Under the pieces are notes generated by a model that was not told where the DNA came from, did no database searches, and saw only the letters and a list, made by a program, of their open reading frames with translations. The translations under genes and the position numbers were made by a program. Positions 11,161-26,455 of a DNA stretch of 64,000 bases are shown piece by piece. Numbering within the stretch: the stretch's first letter is position 1; each line of letters opens with the position of its first letter. The stretch is from Octopus sinensis (Eukaryota): NCBI RefSeq assembly GCF_006345805.1, contig NC_043002.1:27776001-27840000 (forward strand), given 5' to 3'.

Positions 11161-11344
11161 GGTATTGATGTCGGAGAGTTCCGTTCTGATACACATCTGT
11201 CAGTAGGTGGATTGTGTTTAAATTTTAATTACACTATTGTGTAGTAAGTAGCATATAAAGCACATTATTGATAATATTGCTGGTTCACTTGTTGATAAAA
11301 GGGGAAAATTTATAATTATTCGCTTTAAATACATTTATTATATG

Positions 11345-11760
11345 AAGGGCATTGCTACACGTAAATGCTTCACGCTATGAGGGACTCTTTAAGTCGAAAT
11401 ACCATAATAAATATACAATATACCGACAGCGAGGGAATTCAACTTGGAAGCCATCCTTTAAAAAGAGATTCAGTTGCAAATCATATGATTTCATAGTTAG
11501 TGTACATAATCCACATTGGTGTTCTTCTGGTCTGTTGAATTTTATTCCTTTTTATGTGTCTTGATTATGTTTGCACTGACGATTAGAAAGTGGATTATGT
11601 ACACAAACTATGAAATGATATGATTTGCGGCTGAATCATTTTTTAATGGATAGCTTCCAAGTTGCATTCCCTCGCTGTCGGTACACTGTATATTTATTAG
11701 GGTAGTTTTGACTTTAAGAATCCCACATAGCGTGAGGCATTTACGTGTAGTAATGTCCTT
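11345..11760. mobile_element. Fold-back/MITE-like element with about 170-bp inverted arms
   Basis: 11345-11515 is the diverged reverse complement of about 11590-11760; spacer about 70 bp; AT-rich flanks. Confidence 0.8.
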
Positions 11761-11773
11761 AATATAATTTTTT

Positions 11774-11833
<60 letters not shown>

Positions 11834-12329
11834 TTACACATACATACGCATCTCTATATATACGCATACAGGCACACATATACGGATATGTCCTCGTAGT
11901 CACATACGTATGCACTTACAAATATATGTCCATATACACACATGCGTACATATATATGCATATGCGAGCGTCTGCATACATTTATATAGCCACATATACA
12001 CACACATATTTGTGTGTGTTTTGTGTTTATATGTGTGTGTATGCGTGTGTGTATAGATATATACGCACATATGGATAGGGGGAAAGAGGACAGGGAGAGG
12101 GTTCGCTGAATCATTATCATTACTCTATTGTGTTGTATCTGGAAAATGTATATCTGGCAACATCTTGGTATTTCCACAGCATGCTTTTGAATTAAGTATT
12201 CGTTACTTAACGGAATGCACAAGGTTTCCTCAAGGCACAAGGCAGATAGTCGGATAGTGTATTATATGGGTGTACATTTTTATTATTGACCATTTTATTG
12301 CATATTTGATTGTTCCTTCTTTTAATCTC

Positions 12330-12780
12330 CATCTTAATCTCCAATGAGGACGACGTCATGCCGTCCCACATCTTTGAATAGAGACTTAGGCTCAATTCAG
12401 ACTGATATGTGAAGCTGCTGGAAACTGTGACAAAACCTGACCGAAGTGAGTTGCTGATGGAAGACCATACGTGTGATAGCAGGATTCGGCTCTTTGCCAT
12501 ACCACCGGAATGAATCAGAAGTGGTTGTCGAAGAATTTTTACTTCACTAGCTCCAATTGCTGGCCTCCTAATTCCCCCGATTATAACCCCATCGATCACT
12601 ATGTGAGGAACGGTTGAGAAGAACACCCAACTACTTTGCCTACAACATCGAGGCCGAGCCGGTTACCTACATCAAGGATGTGTTCCAAGATTTTCCCAAA
12701 GATACAAAGTGAGGAACGCATGCAACAGGTTCCACAGCCGACTTTCGACTTTGGCAGGGATGGAAGCTGAGTGCGACTAC
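12330..12780 (+). mobile_element. Tc1/mariner (maT/DD37D-like) transposase relic
   Basis: Translation includes GRPYV.QQDSALCHT...WLSKNF...WPPNSPDYNPIDHYV. Confidence 0.75.
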
Positions 12781-12909
12781 TGTTATCTAGTCGTCATGAT
12801 CTAGTTGACACTTTTGGATTTTTTAAAAATACTTTCATCTTCGGGTGGGGTAGTCTCGGGTGCAGACTGTCAAAGTTAGCCAGAACACCCTGTGTGTGTC
12901 TATACACTT

Positions 12910-12992
<83 letters not shown>

Positions 12993-13787
12993 CATTATAT
13001 TCAATTCTTGATTCTTAAATTGGCTAACTTGCCCAATTGTAGGAATCATGTAACATGGACTGCATTTTTCAGTATATGTATCTTTTTTTTATACTATAGA
13101 GCGTGCTTTATGTAAAATATTGCACTCCCTGTTTTTTCTAGTACGTCTAGCAACCATACACAAGCTGCTTGTTTGAAGAATATGTGTGTATGAGTGTAAA
13201 TGATATCCATTAAACATGGAAGAAACCATTACAACGGTTGTCAAATGTTGAGATTACAGAAAAAAAAATAGCCTTTGCGTACGTGCTTGATTAAGTTATC
13301 GGTAGACAGTCATAAGGTTATTTAGTTATTGTTTGGTTTGTTTCTGCTATAACCGCCAAGACCATGCAAGAGCATATAATATTTCATGATTTTATGATAT
13401 ATATATACATACATACACGTGTGAGCGAGTGTGAGTGTACGTGTGTGTGTGGGGGGGTGTATATGTATATATGCATACATAGATACATATATGCATACTT
13501 ACATACATTACTATTATTATTATTGTTGTTGTTGTTGTTGTCATTCGTGTATAATGCACAATATCTATGTATATATGATAAATTTTATAAGAGTAATGTT
13601 TTAAGAGAAATTTAATAAGCTGTATATAGTGCCGGCGTGATTGAGACGAAATCACTATAGCCGAAAAAATAAAATTGCTCACCAACACGTCTGCTTTTTA
13701 TTAATATAATATTATGAAATCCGACAGGAAGTTTGTGTTGTTCAATAGCATATTATATATACATATGTGTGTGTGTATGATTATATG

Positions 13788-13860
<73 letters not shown>

Positions 13861-14535
13861 TTACATATATACATATATATCTATTTATATATATACACAC
13901 ATATATATATACACATATACATGTTGGTGTATCTTTGAAGACATATATGTATTTATATGCAGCTTCACATATATCTACACACACATACATACATTCATAC
14001 ATATGTACATACATGCATACATGCATACATAAATATATACATACATACATGCATACGCATATACATAAAGATATACATACATGCATAAATCTGAAACTGA
14101 ATTGTCTTGTTCAAAGTATTAGTGTATTTACTTTCCTGTATTTCTCTTAAATTTCTCTGTATTATTATATATATCAACTTACACTACTTTCTGGAAACAA
14201 TGTTGTATGTTTAAAATGTCTGTGGAAATATTTCGGTAATATTGTTGAGTAGTATTATGTTGAAATATTTATTAAATAACTGGATGAAGAATCTAATATA
14301 GAATCAGACGGGGTCAGTGACATTGTCCAGAAATTTAATGAAGAGGCATAAATAAAAGAATTTCTCGAATACCAATCTCAATTTACTGTTCTTGCTTTCC
14401 AGCCCAAATTGCAGAAACTTCGTGTATGTTGTACCATGGATTACTGTAATGGCCACGGCTGCCATAGATCTAGATTTGAATGTTCACTTCTTTAGTTGGG
14501 TTTTGTGTTTGCCCGACAGATATCAAAGCTGTAGG

Positions 14536-15052
<517 letters not shown>

Positions 15053-17579
15053 ACACACGTCTTTGTGACATTATCTTTACATGCGAAAATCGTTTCTGTA
15101 TTATAATTTAGCTTTAATAAAAATTCAGTACGCTAACGATTACAAAATTAATTTTCAATGTAAGTAAAATAGGAAATGGAAATTTATTTCATATAATTCT
15201 TTGTTTACCCTTAATATATGTGCATATATCCTTAAACATTTTTTTTTATATTTAGATTTAGTAGATAATTACTTTCCGGGAAACCGTGGATATGAGATTT
15301 TTCACAGGAATAATATTACATTAGAATTCAGTTGTATAAAGGAATTTCGTATCATAAATTGCAATTACTAATACTAAAATTAAAGATGGCTGTCTATACC
15401 CAATTCTATCTGTTTGAGCAACTGTTTTAACCCTATAAAATATCTGTTAAATATTAATCTCTTCTAATATCGATTGTGCTAAGTATTTACATCTAATGAT
15501 ATAGATTCTAAAATCTGTATCGAGTTGGGTAAAAATCCTTTTAAGTTAAAATTTAACCAACCTAAAATACGTTATTGAATTATTTCGTGAGATTAATTTG
15601 TCTAACCCTGCCTGGTTTCTAAAATAGGGTGAGCGCATAAAATTTTGTATAATTTGGAAGTGATAATGGTTCTGCTATTTGTATTCGTGAACATAAAAGT
15701 GGAAATTTTATTAATAGGATGATTTACTTTGCGAGAGACGTAAATTTTTTTAATGTATGTAAATTTCTCTCTAAGCAGGTTAGAAAACGAAAATTTAGCA
15801 GCATTTGGTAGTGTTTCTGAAAAGAAAAGGAAGTATAATTTTATGAGATTATAAACTATTTTTTCCTGTTATCTTACTGGTTAAGGTAAAGAATAATCCG
15901 ATCTTTGTCGGCAGAAAGGTGACAAATATGGACATATATTTCGGTCTATTGAACCTCATCAATGTAGTACATTGAATGCGATTCAGCAGATCAAAGGATA
16001 TAGAAAAACATCATATATCTTGGCCTGAATAATTTGCATGATTAAAAATGAAAAGAGCTCTGGGAAATAATTTAAACGAACCGATGACCTTAATTTGGAT
16101 AAGTTAATAGTTGTTGAAGAGATTGTCGTATGAATTTTTTTTTTATTTATTTAAATCTTCCTCTAAAATAATAAACGAAAACAAATTATCCACGTAAATG
16201 CATTCGACGCGTAAAGAAACAAGGCAACGATGTAAAGAATTTAAGAAACACGGCAATATTATAAAGAATCTAAGAATTGGTTTCACTTATACAAGGTAAT
16301 TTTTATACGAGAAGGTGGAATGAATAGGCTTCATTAAAAAATCATTACAATCGTTTCAGCGTATCATTATCAGCTGGTAATTGCTGAGCGTTACATGTAT
16401 TATACACATTTTCACATGTTTATCCAGTAAAAAATGTCCTACTATATAATAGAATCTGGTAGCCGATACTCGGAGAGGAGCTTTAGAAAGAACGCACTAA
16501 TGTTATTATCTAGATAATACTAAATACTTATTCAAGCATATATTTAAACCTTTCCGTGAGATACAGAGCCCTTTTAATACTACATATATCAAAGTATGTA
16601 CATTAACACACATAGGAATCTGCTTGTGCTTGTGCATGTGTGTAAACAAAGCACTCCAATATGTATATCCTCAAAACTGGCTATTAATGTATATGTTAAT
16701 ACATTTGTGCATCAGCGTGTGTACACCGATAGTGTATACGATCATAAGTATATAACAATCTGCTTACCTTCACCTGAATAGATACTTAAATTCCACCATC
16801 GCGATAATCAATCAATATCATAAATTCACTTTTATACCTCCAGCCTTACCTACACACACATAGGCCAATCAATAATGACACAGTTGTCCCTAGTTGCCAA
16901 TCAGCATGTAAACAAGTAGTTAATCCACCGAAATTATCTCCAACAAGTATTTTCAATTATCTAAGTGCTCACGATTAGATATGAATATTTTCAACTCCAT
17001 TGTTATTTATGTAATTCATGACCGCCCGCACCATTTAGCATTAATCAATCCACCATTTAAATCAATTAGAGCCATCCACTTAACGTCCAACCTTACGAGC
17101 ACACCACCACCATCACCACAAGCCAACACTCATCTATCTCCCATTTCTCGGTTTTCAATCACCTTGTTTGACAGTTAGTCCCAAAAGTCTGGATGCAGAG
17201 AAAGAGAACTTAAATAATTGAAATTTTCTAAAAGTACAACAGGCACTCAAAATCGTGCCCTTCGCTATCTCATCAGTTTTGATTCTGTTGAATAACTTTA
17301 AACCCTTTACGGAATCTATGCGTGCTAATATTAATATAAATGGATATGATTACCTTCTTTAGTGTACCGACATGTATAGGTTGATTAGGCAACAATACTA
17401 ACTTTAGTTGACCTCACAATAAACAATCAACTGGAGCTCGTCTCTACCAGGTTGAGTCAAACGTTTTTCGTTTTTTTTTTTAATATTCCAAACTTTAATT
17501 AATATGAATTAAGTACGAAAAGCGTTAATTCGTCAAGATATATCCAATCATATTCTATTGTCTGTTGCTATCATTGTGC

Positions 17580-17780
17580 CAGAAGCTCGATTCCACGCTT
17601 AGACTATTTGGCTGTTTTAGAGGCTTGTTGAACCTCTGTCAGAAAAGGAAATGAGCCATGTCTCACAAAAGATGATAATCTGAACTGTAGATCTGAACTG
17701 TAGGCAGGGTGAGGAAGCACTTTCATCCCCTCAAGTTTGCATCCGTTCATATCTGCAGTGTGTAGTGGGGAAAAGTACCG
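17580..17780 (-). mobile_element. mariner transposase C-terminal relic
   Basis: MKVLPHPAYSSDL...DYHL (cf. HPPYSPDLAPSDYHLF). Confidence 0.7.
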
Positions 17781-18489
17781 GAAGGCAACTGAACTATATT
17801 TTATTTTAAAACAAACTGCCTGAACTAAACGTGTAAAAAATACACAACGTACACGTTCTCTTCCACATACGCATAAACACACAGAAACACATACACGTTA
17901 AAACATTTTCTACGGGTGGGTAATATAACAACTGAGCAAAAATGCTGCCAGTCACACATTGACTAGAAGTAACCTACAGTAAGTAATAAAGAAATTTAAA
18001 CTTACAGATTTGTCATTAATTTCAACCATCCGAGAAACCACGGGTTCTTTTATTTCTTGTTTTTTTTTGTTATTTCTATAGCCAAGCCTCCCGAAAATCA
18101 CGACATACATGCTTAGAAACCCATATATACACACATATGTACACACACGTATAGATTCAAAATAGTGAAGAACATCTCAATCTCTCTCAACACATCCTCT
18201 TCCCCAAACCCATGGGAAGCTTTCTATAAATCTGCAAAGGAAACAGTCACAGTACAATATAAAATAGAACCTGTGTTCCAAAGTTCTGTTTTATATTGTA
18301 CTGGACAGTTACTAGTCCAGTACAATATAATGGATACGTGAAGTACTCATTGAACACTTTAGAAAATAAGTGAAGTAGTCAATGAACAGATTAAAAGTGC
18401 CTTCATCTCACCCTCGGACCACATGCAAATAAAAAAACCGGCTTAAGTTTTTAACATTACAGATCTGCAGGCGAAAGTGGCAACCATCG

Positions 18490-18985
18490 ATTACACCAAC
18501 ATTGAGGAAGCAGATGTAACAGCAGCCATAAACGAAATAAGCTTAAGCTCAGCAACTGATCTTCGATGGCTTCCTAGCTATTTTCCCGAAATCGTGTTAA
18601 GCAGGCTTTAGTGAAACCAACTTTTCCAGAGTTTCCTGGCAAGTAGTAAACTTCATAAAAAGTTATATGCCCTATCTACAAAGGTGTGAGCAAAGCAGAG
18701 GCTAAAAACTACAGGCGAATCTCTCTGACCTTACATATTAGTAAAAGCATGGAACGAATCATCTGAAAGAAAATGATAAGGTTCCTAGAAGAAAATGACT
18801 TGCTGAATGATACAAAGCATGGCTTCCGTCTAGGGAAAAGCTGCTTCACACAGCTCTTATGACATTATGACTGGGTTTTGAAACAGCTGCTTGACCATTC
18901 ATATGACAATGTGGTATATCTTGACTTCGCAAAAGCCTTTGATAAGGTAGATCATAACATAATATGCCACATGCCATGACTTCCT
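18490..18985 (+). mobile_element. CR1-type LINE reverse transcriptase relic
   Basis: PIYKG...KNYRRISLT...SKSMERII...HGFRLGKSCFTQLL...VVYLDFAKAFDKVDH, with internal stops. Confidence 0.85.
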
Positions 18986-20669
18986 AAAAGATAGAAATGA
19001 AGCAGTTGCAGCCAATATATATATATATATATATATAAATTTATAAATAAGGATAATATCGAATATACCATCTGGTATATTCAACTGACGAAAGCAGAGC
19101 TTATTTGAAGCAAAGCTAGAAATCCAGGATCTTGAATTATCCAGTAATATCTTTTTGCTAGTTTATTTTGTCTCTCTGTCTTATCTCATGGTGCGATATG
19201 AACATTTTAGGTGGTTTTTAGAGTCAGGGTTTTGACTGCTATTTCGGCATGGTGGTGTCTTTCAGATACCCTTATTTATAGTTATATATATATATTTAAA
19301 TTGTTTTGAAGCAGAAACTTATTGAATTATATCTCTCAATGTCTCGTTCGTGATTACTAAGACGACTGAGAGAAAGTCATTCGGGGCAAAAATATACTTA
19401 TAAACTGAAGTGACCTGGGTTTAAAGGAATAACATGCTAATGTAGTCCTCGAGCTACCCTGTCTGAATAAAATACGCAATGGTCACAACTAGACTACCTT
19501 GGTCTTTGGCCTGTTTGATTGATGCTGGTCATTTGTTAAACAACTAAGCACACATTAGACAATGTAGACTTGGACAAATACTCTGCAGAAAGAAGACAAA
19601 GTGAAGCATCTGTAAACTAGGTCCATAGACTAAAAGACACCAAATACTGAACTGCAACATAGAAACAAGGATGCGCTAGGCTATCTAATCCTGCGGACTC
19701 CTAAAAATACGGAATGATCAAGGTTAGAGTACTTTTGAACTTTTGTTGGATTCGTTAAGCTTATCCTTGGGCTAAACAGCACTAACGGCAATAGCAAATT
19801 TCGAAGATTTTTGTAAAAGCCTCAGCTGATAATAATAAATTCCAGTTGAATAACTTCCAGTTTCATGAGACTTGAATTATTTACAATTCACCAAGCTTCT
19901 CCCAAAAATGTTATCACATCTGTTCGCCGGTTTCATCTTCTAAGTTCATTTATTCATTGAATTACCGCAAAAGAAAGAAACGGTAATTGTCTCTACTTAT
20001 AGCTAACTTTCGGGAAATTGTATTATGTAGGGCGACGAGCAAATTATTAGCGTTTTAATGGTTCAAGCGTTAAACATTTTAATACTAACTTACCTTCATA
20101 TCAATCTATTTATCTATCTGTCTCATCACATAATTATATTTACTTAGCTCTTTAATGCAGTCTGCATTAAATATGTTAGCAATAACGTTTCTATCCAACT
20201 ATCTGCAAACTATAACTTAAAGTCTGAAAAATAGAATCCATGCGAAACTTTAGAAGCCCCAACAAAACTTTTTAATGTATAAACGCATTCTCCAACTACC
20301 ATCTTGCCATTTAAGATATTTTCCAAGTAATATTTTCATTTAATTCTATATGTCCTGTGAGAAAGAATTGTTTAACTTCGTCGTAAGCTATGATAACAGA
20401 CATGTGTTTAAAAACAGTTTTAAAGGTAAATACGTTGCATACAAAAAGTATATATTGGTAAATACTAGAAAATTTTTTAAAAGATATCTATATATTCCAA
20501 ACCGTCGCTTTCCTCAATTTTACTATCAGCACTTATTTTTCAGTCGGCTATTTTTATTACTCTTGCGTCATAAACCTCCTAGATATTCATCAAAAACTAT
20601 ATAAAAGTTAGTTACATTTGTTCTGACAATTTCGCGAACACTGTAGATTAAAATTCAACAGGAAAGTCT

Positions 20670-21753
20670 CACGCACACAAACGCACAAGCATCAGCATTT
20701 TAACTTAACTGTGCTAATTTCCCACACTAGGTAAATATTTTCAAAATATAGTGTACTGAGCGAAGATCTCAAATGAAATTCACTGTGACACAAAACATCA
20801 TGTACGTATGACAGCTACTACATTTATAACCAGATACAATCAACAAACCTATTCATTCAGGCGTGAGTGAGGAAGAAATATTATTACTCCTGAAAATATT
20901 TCTGGTATCTGAAGGTTGTATGCATAAATCGTTTCAAGGTCAGCAGACCAGTTATAAAAATACACTATCAAACATCAACCTATTAAAATTCTTTCTTTGC
21001 TTATCAGATGTACACATCATAGTAATGAACCGAATTTATTTACTGATTTCAAAGTCTGGAAGTACCTGTCATAGTTAGTTACATTACCAGACGTGTAACT
21101 AGCTTAATATTATCGCTAATATTGTCGCTAATATTGTCGCTAATAGCTATTTATTCAAAGTTGTTAACTTAATTTTACTTGTCATTTCATTTCATATTAA
21201 ACATATTTAGACACGCACACAAACGCACAAGCATCAGCATTTTAACTTAACTGTGCTAATTTCCCACACTAGGTAAATATTTTCAAAATATAGTGTACTG
21301 AGCGAAGATCTCAAATGAAATTCACTGTGACACAAAACATCATGTACGTATGACAGCTACTACATTTATAACCAGATACAATCAACAAACCTATTCATTC
21401 AGGCGTGAGTGAGGAAGAAATATTATTACTCCTGAAAATATTTCTGGTATCTGAAGGTTGTATGCATAAATCGTTTCAAGGTCAGCAGACCAGTTATAAA
21501 AATACACTATCAAACATCAACCTATTAAAATTCTTTCTTTGCTTATCAGATGTACACATCATAGTAATGAACCGAATTTATTTACTGATTTCAAAGTCTG
21601 GAAGTACCTGTCATAGTTAGTTACATTACCAGACGTGTAACTAGCTTAATATTATCGCTAATATTGTCGCTAATATTGTCGCTAATAGCTATTTATTCAA
21701 AGTTGTTAACTTAATTTTACTTGTCATTTCATTTCATATTAAACATATTTAGA
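20670..21753. repeat. Tandem duplication, 2 x 542 bp
   Basis: 20670-21211 is repeated at 21212-21753; identical ORF translations at 20863 and 21405. Confidence 0.95.
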
Positions 21754-22043
21754 CATTACACTGTAAATCTCTCGCACAAACCTTCAGATATATTACTACG
21801 GCCTCGCATATACTCATTTTTACGCCAAAAGATGTAAAGTGTATGTATGCATGCGTGCATACAGCCGTGCGTGCGCGAGTGCGTGCTGCGTGTGCGTGCT
21901 GCGTGTGCGTGCTGCGTGTGCGTGTGTATATTCAGTATAATTTCATATTCTTAGTGTTTAAATGCTCCATCATTACCTTATATCTCTTCCTTTCGCATTC
22001 CCAATTCGAAAAGGCTGACATTTTAAATATAACATGTGTGTGG

Positions 22044-22074
<31 letters not shown>

Positions 22075-22704
22075 TGTGTGTGTGTGTGTGTGTTGTGTGT
22101 GTGTGTGCGTGCGTGCGTGCAGGTTTGGACATATGAATTCTTACCGATGCAGTGCCGGTAAATAGGCAAAAGACTGAGTTAAAATGTCCCTTACTTACAC
22201 AACTTGTTTCTCTTCTAGGTGTCCTATCCCTTCTGTATCCTTCGAATCCAGTCCATTGCTTTGACATTTTAGAATGAAGCTTTCTATGTTGGATTCCACT
22301 CTTTCCAGCCACCTACCTGCATCTAAGCATTTATCCATAGGTTATAGTCTTCTCAGCAATATCATTCCTTCCACATTCCAGCTCATTGTTTCATTATCTA
22401 CATCTGAATCATCTTGCCCACTACGTCTCTATCCCTCCATCAAACCTTTCATAATTTTATTTTCTATCTAAACTCTCTGTCCTTTTTCAAACATTATATT
22501 ATATGAAGCGCAGTATATTCATGTCAACACAATACATATTTTCCACATGCTCCTCTTTCCTTTGGCATCATTCTTGCCAATTCTTTTTATTTTTCTGGGA
22601 TTTTCTCCTTCCCTCTATCTTTTACTCTATATTTAATTTCTCTTTCTATTTCTTTATTGCTCTTCTTTTCCCATCATTATATCATCCATTTATTCTTTTC
22701 TTTG

Positions 22705-22791
22705 TAGGTAGGAAGGTAGGTAGGTAGGTAGGTAGGTAGGTAGGTAGGTAGGTAGGCAGGCAGGCAGGCAGGTAGGCAGGCAGGCCGGCAT

Positions 22792-22824
<33 letters not shown>

Positions 22825-22850
22825 TAGGCAGGCAGGCAGGCAGGCAGGCA
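22705..22850. repeat. (TAGG)n/(CAGG)n microsatellite
   Basis: Directly visible. Confidence 0.9.
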
Positions 22851-23768
22851 TATGTTTTTTTAATTACATATTCCGTCGCAGTAAAATATTTCAGCCATTT
22901 CTATCAAGATATTCAAATAGAATTTTTACATATAATTCAAGTTTTTTAAATTTTTATCAGAATATTTTCAAAAACAGTGGTTCTGATGTAGTTTTTGCAT
23001 GCTGGTGGCAAAAATTGCAGTTATGTTTCCTAGAAATCAATAAAAGAAAGTTACAAGCATTAGCAATTATATGATTTTCAGGTGTCGAAACTCTATGTCT
23101 CCGGGTTAACAGCACACACTAAACCTTTACGTGCTCTCGATTTGTAAGAACTAGTAGTCAAATCTCTCTGAAAATACATCCGATAACACTCTACATGTGA
23201 GCCTGCCTCAAGCGAGAACTTCAACGGTACTGTAACACAATGTTTCGTCCTCTGGTGTTTTTTAAATGTTAAGGAGCAATTTAAAAAATATTTTGCTGCT
23301 ATTTCTAATTTGGCAAGAGACCATGTTAAGGTTTCGTGTGTGTTGTTCCTATGGAGACAAACAATCACGACATCCGATGCGTCTGTTAGTCGACGCTGAC
23401 GAGGTTATAATTACATAATTTTAAGTGATTGTAATTTCTTTTATATTTTTATGTCAAGAAAATAATCTGATGATAATTTAAAATGTCGATGTATGTCACT
23501 CAGAAAAGGAACGTCATGTGAGTTGTTTCGCTTGCCTATGACTTACAGTTGCTTTTAACACTAGGTACATTGAGAATATATTGCGCCTAAAATGCAGCCG
23601 ACCCACGGACTAACAACACACACACCTCGGTATGTGTGTTCGATTTGGTTAATATATATGTATATATACATATAATTACCAAAAGAAAAAAAGAAGAAGC
23701 ACAAGAAGAAACAACATCGTGAGGACAAGCAAAGTATTATCAGACGCTCAGAGAAGGAAAGAAAGGTA

Positions 23769-23803
23769 GTTTTACGTTTCGAGCAAAGCTCTTCTTTAGA
23801 AAC
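23769..23803 (-). ncRNA. Minimal hammerhead-like motif with a mutated core (Penelope-type)
   Basis: Minus strand GTTT-CTAAAGA-A-GAGC-TTT-GCTC-GAAA-CGTA-AAAC; G5 is replaced by A. Confidence 0.55.
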
Positions 23804-24311
23804 AGGAGACAGGGCTAAGTCCACGAGAAAAGGAAGACGGCGGTAAAAAATCGCCAGCGATCCACATGTGGTTGTATATATATATGTGTGTGCGTGCGTA
23901 CGCGCACATGCACACACAAACACGCACGTGCGTGTGGCCGTGTGTATAGTAATTTCATTTCGAATTCATGCATAGCATTTGGGTATGTCTTTTCTTATAT
24001 CCACAATTTGTTAGGGAAACAGGGCCAACGAGCGCTGTGAATGTCTATCTGATTGACTGAATAGTAATTCAAACAGCCTTGTTACACTGACTGTTACATA
24101 AATTCTATCTGAATGTTATGGTGAGAGAATAAGTATCGGAAGCATATTCAATCACACAGAGTAGTCAATTCACTCGATCGAAAAGCTGGAACGCTGATCT
24201 TTGTTGGCGACGGAGATCCATTTAGTTTACTCATGTAATATATGTGTGCATATTTCTGTGTACTGTACTTATCTGTGGATATGTTCGTGGATATATATAT
24301 ATAAATATATA

Positions 24312-24414
<103 letters not shown>

Positions 24415-24484
24415 GGAGTAAACACATAAATGTGAAACAAGGTGGAAAAAAAGAGTACTCAAATACCAGTGGTAGAGTAATATG

Positions 24485-24528
24485 CTTTATTTTAAGCAGC
24501 AGAAAATTTTCTGCTGCTTAAAATAAAG
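24485..24528. repeat. Perfect 44-bp palindrome with no spacer
   Basis: CTTTATTTTAAGCAGCAGAAAA|TTTTCTGCTGCTTAAAATAAAG. Confidence 0.95.
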
Positions 24529-25455
24529 TATATATATATATATATATATAACAATACATAGATATTGGAGAATGCATCCATAGAATAATCAATATATTTA
24601 TCATAACAGTCAAATCATGTTGCCTACACGTGTTTCGGGTTGTTGCGGGGATTCCTATTAATGCAATAAAATTGCATTATGAATTTAATAGAACAAAAAC
24701 TTAGTCAGAGCTAAAATAAGCTATTAAGAAAATTATGGCTGCTATTTCTTCATACATCTTCATGGATGGAGCGTACAATTCAAATTGAATTTTAGGAAGT
24801 GATCTTGAATACTGCTCCAAAAATAGCTAGAGGTGTATTCTTCAACACCACTGGACAGGGACTGGTCATGGATCAGAAGAACTAGGTCATAATGCTATTC
24901 ACCCTTTGAGGGGTGAAAATTCTTTACTGTTAAGTATGTTTGTAAGCAAATACCTCATTAGTTATATTGTTCTGTAGTTTGCTTCTACTATTTGTACCAT
25001 CTATCATGCTCACAATATATGTTCATATTTATTGGTAAGAAAAATAAATCCAGATATGTACTTATTTGTTATATTTATTTATTTATTTTTGGTTATTCTT
25101 ACTGTAAAAAGTTATAGTAGTTAGATTCATTATTTGATAGTTTTGGTTCCTATTTTTCTATTTATTTTATGGTATACAGTGTATATTTTATCTAAAATCA
25201 TTTAAATATATTTAAACACAAAGAAAATGTACTTTTAGCATTAATACCTTATGTACTATTCTATCATTCATACACTGATCATTTTAATTAAATTTATTTA
25301 AATTAAATAAATTTATATTTCTAATTTTTATGAGCAGACAAAAATTCTGTTTTTCCTCTAATTGTTAGTATAATTAATTTAGATATATTAGTTGATAGTT
25401 TGTGTTCAGACATTATCCGCCCATAAGTGCTATTCTTATTTATATATATATATAT

Positions 25456-25530
<75 letters not shown>

Positions 25531-25663
25531 TAGATATATATATATATACACACACATAATATGCATATTAACATATGTGTGTGTACGCACACACACACGC
25601 ATATGTATATATAATGTATGTGTATATATATAACTATAAATACATATATATGTATGTACTGCG

Positions 25664-25704
<41 letters not shown>

Positions 25705-25724
25705 GTGTGTGTGTCTGTGTGTCT

Positions 25725-25761
<37 letters not shown>

Positions 25762-26455
25762 TGTGTGTGTGTGTATGTGTCTCTGTCTCTGTCTCTGTGC
25801 ATGTATGTGTCTGATGAATTTCGAGCGTATGTTTATCACAAGGATGTATATATTTTTTATTTTAATGTCTGAAAAAATAATCATCGCGAGATGTTTCAAC
25901 ACTTACTTAACTGCTACACTAAAACATGAATGTACACACAGAGGTTTTTATATTTGGAACGAGAGACAGTTGTTTGTCTCCGTTGATGCCGTCAACCTTT
26001 CTACAGTGGTGCTAAACTATTTACTAAATAATTCTCTTGTATATGTGGTATTTCTATTTCGTCTGCTTTGTGTATCTACTTTTATAACCGTGTATGTACA
26101 TACATATATACACAGATGCCTAACACACACATACACACACACGCAACCCCCACACACATATATGTATACATATATATATATATATACATATGTATGCACA
26201 CATATTTTTCGACTATGTACATGTAATTATGTATAGATGTATATATATTTTTTTAATAATTATTATTTGACGGAATAAAATCCAAACTTAAAGGAAAAAG
26301 AATTCAATTTAGAAATACTAAATCAGATTCCACACAATGTAATATTTTATATGTATATATATATATATTATATATATATATATATATGTTATGTATGTAT
26401 GTATGTATGTATGTATGTATGTATGTATGTATGTATGTATATATATATATATATA

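Noticed and set aside
15060-16300. Possible very old Penelope relic on the minus strand
   Set aside because: Only scattered 3-4 residue resemblances across many stops; not supportable by eye.
20670-21753. Repeated 71-aa ORF as a tandem gene pair
   Set aside because: Non-ATG start, no motif; it is a by-product of the DNA duplication.
24805-24955. Higher-complexity island with AG...GT boundaries as a candidate exon
   Set aside because: All three plus frames contain a stop and no recognisable peptide results.
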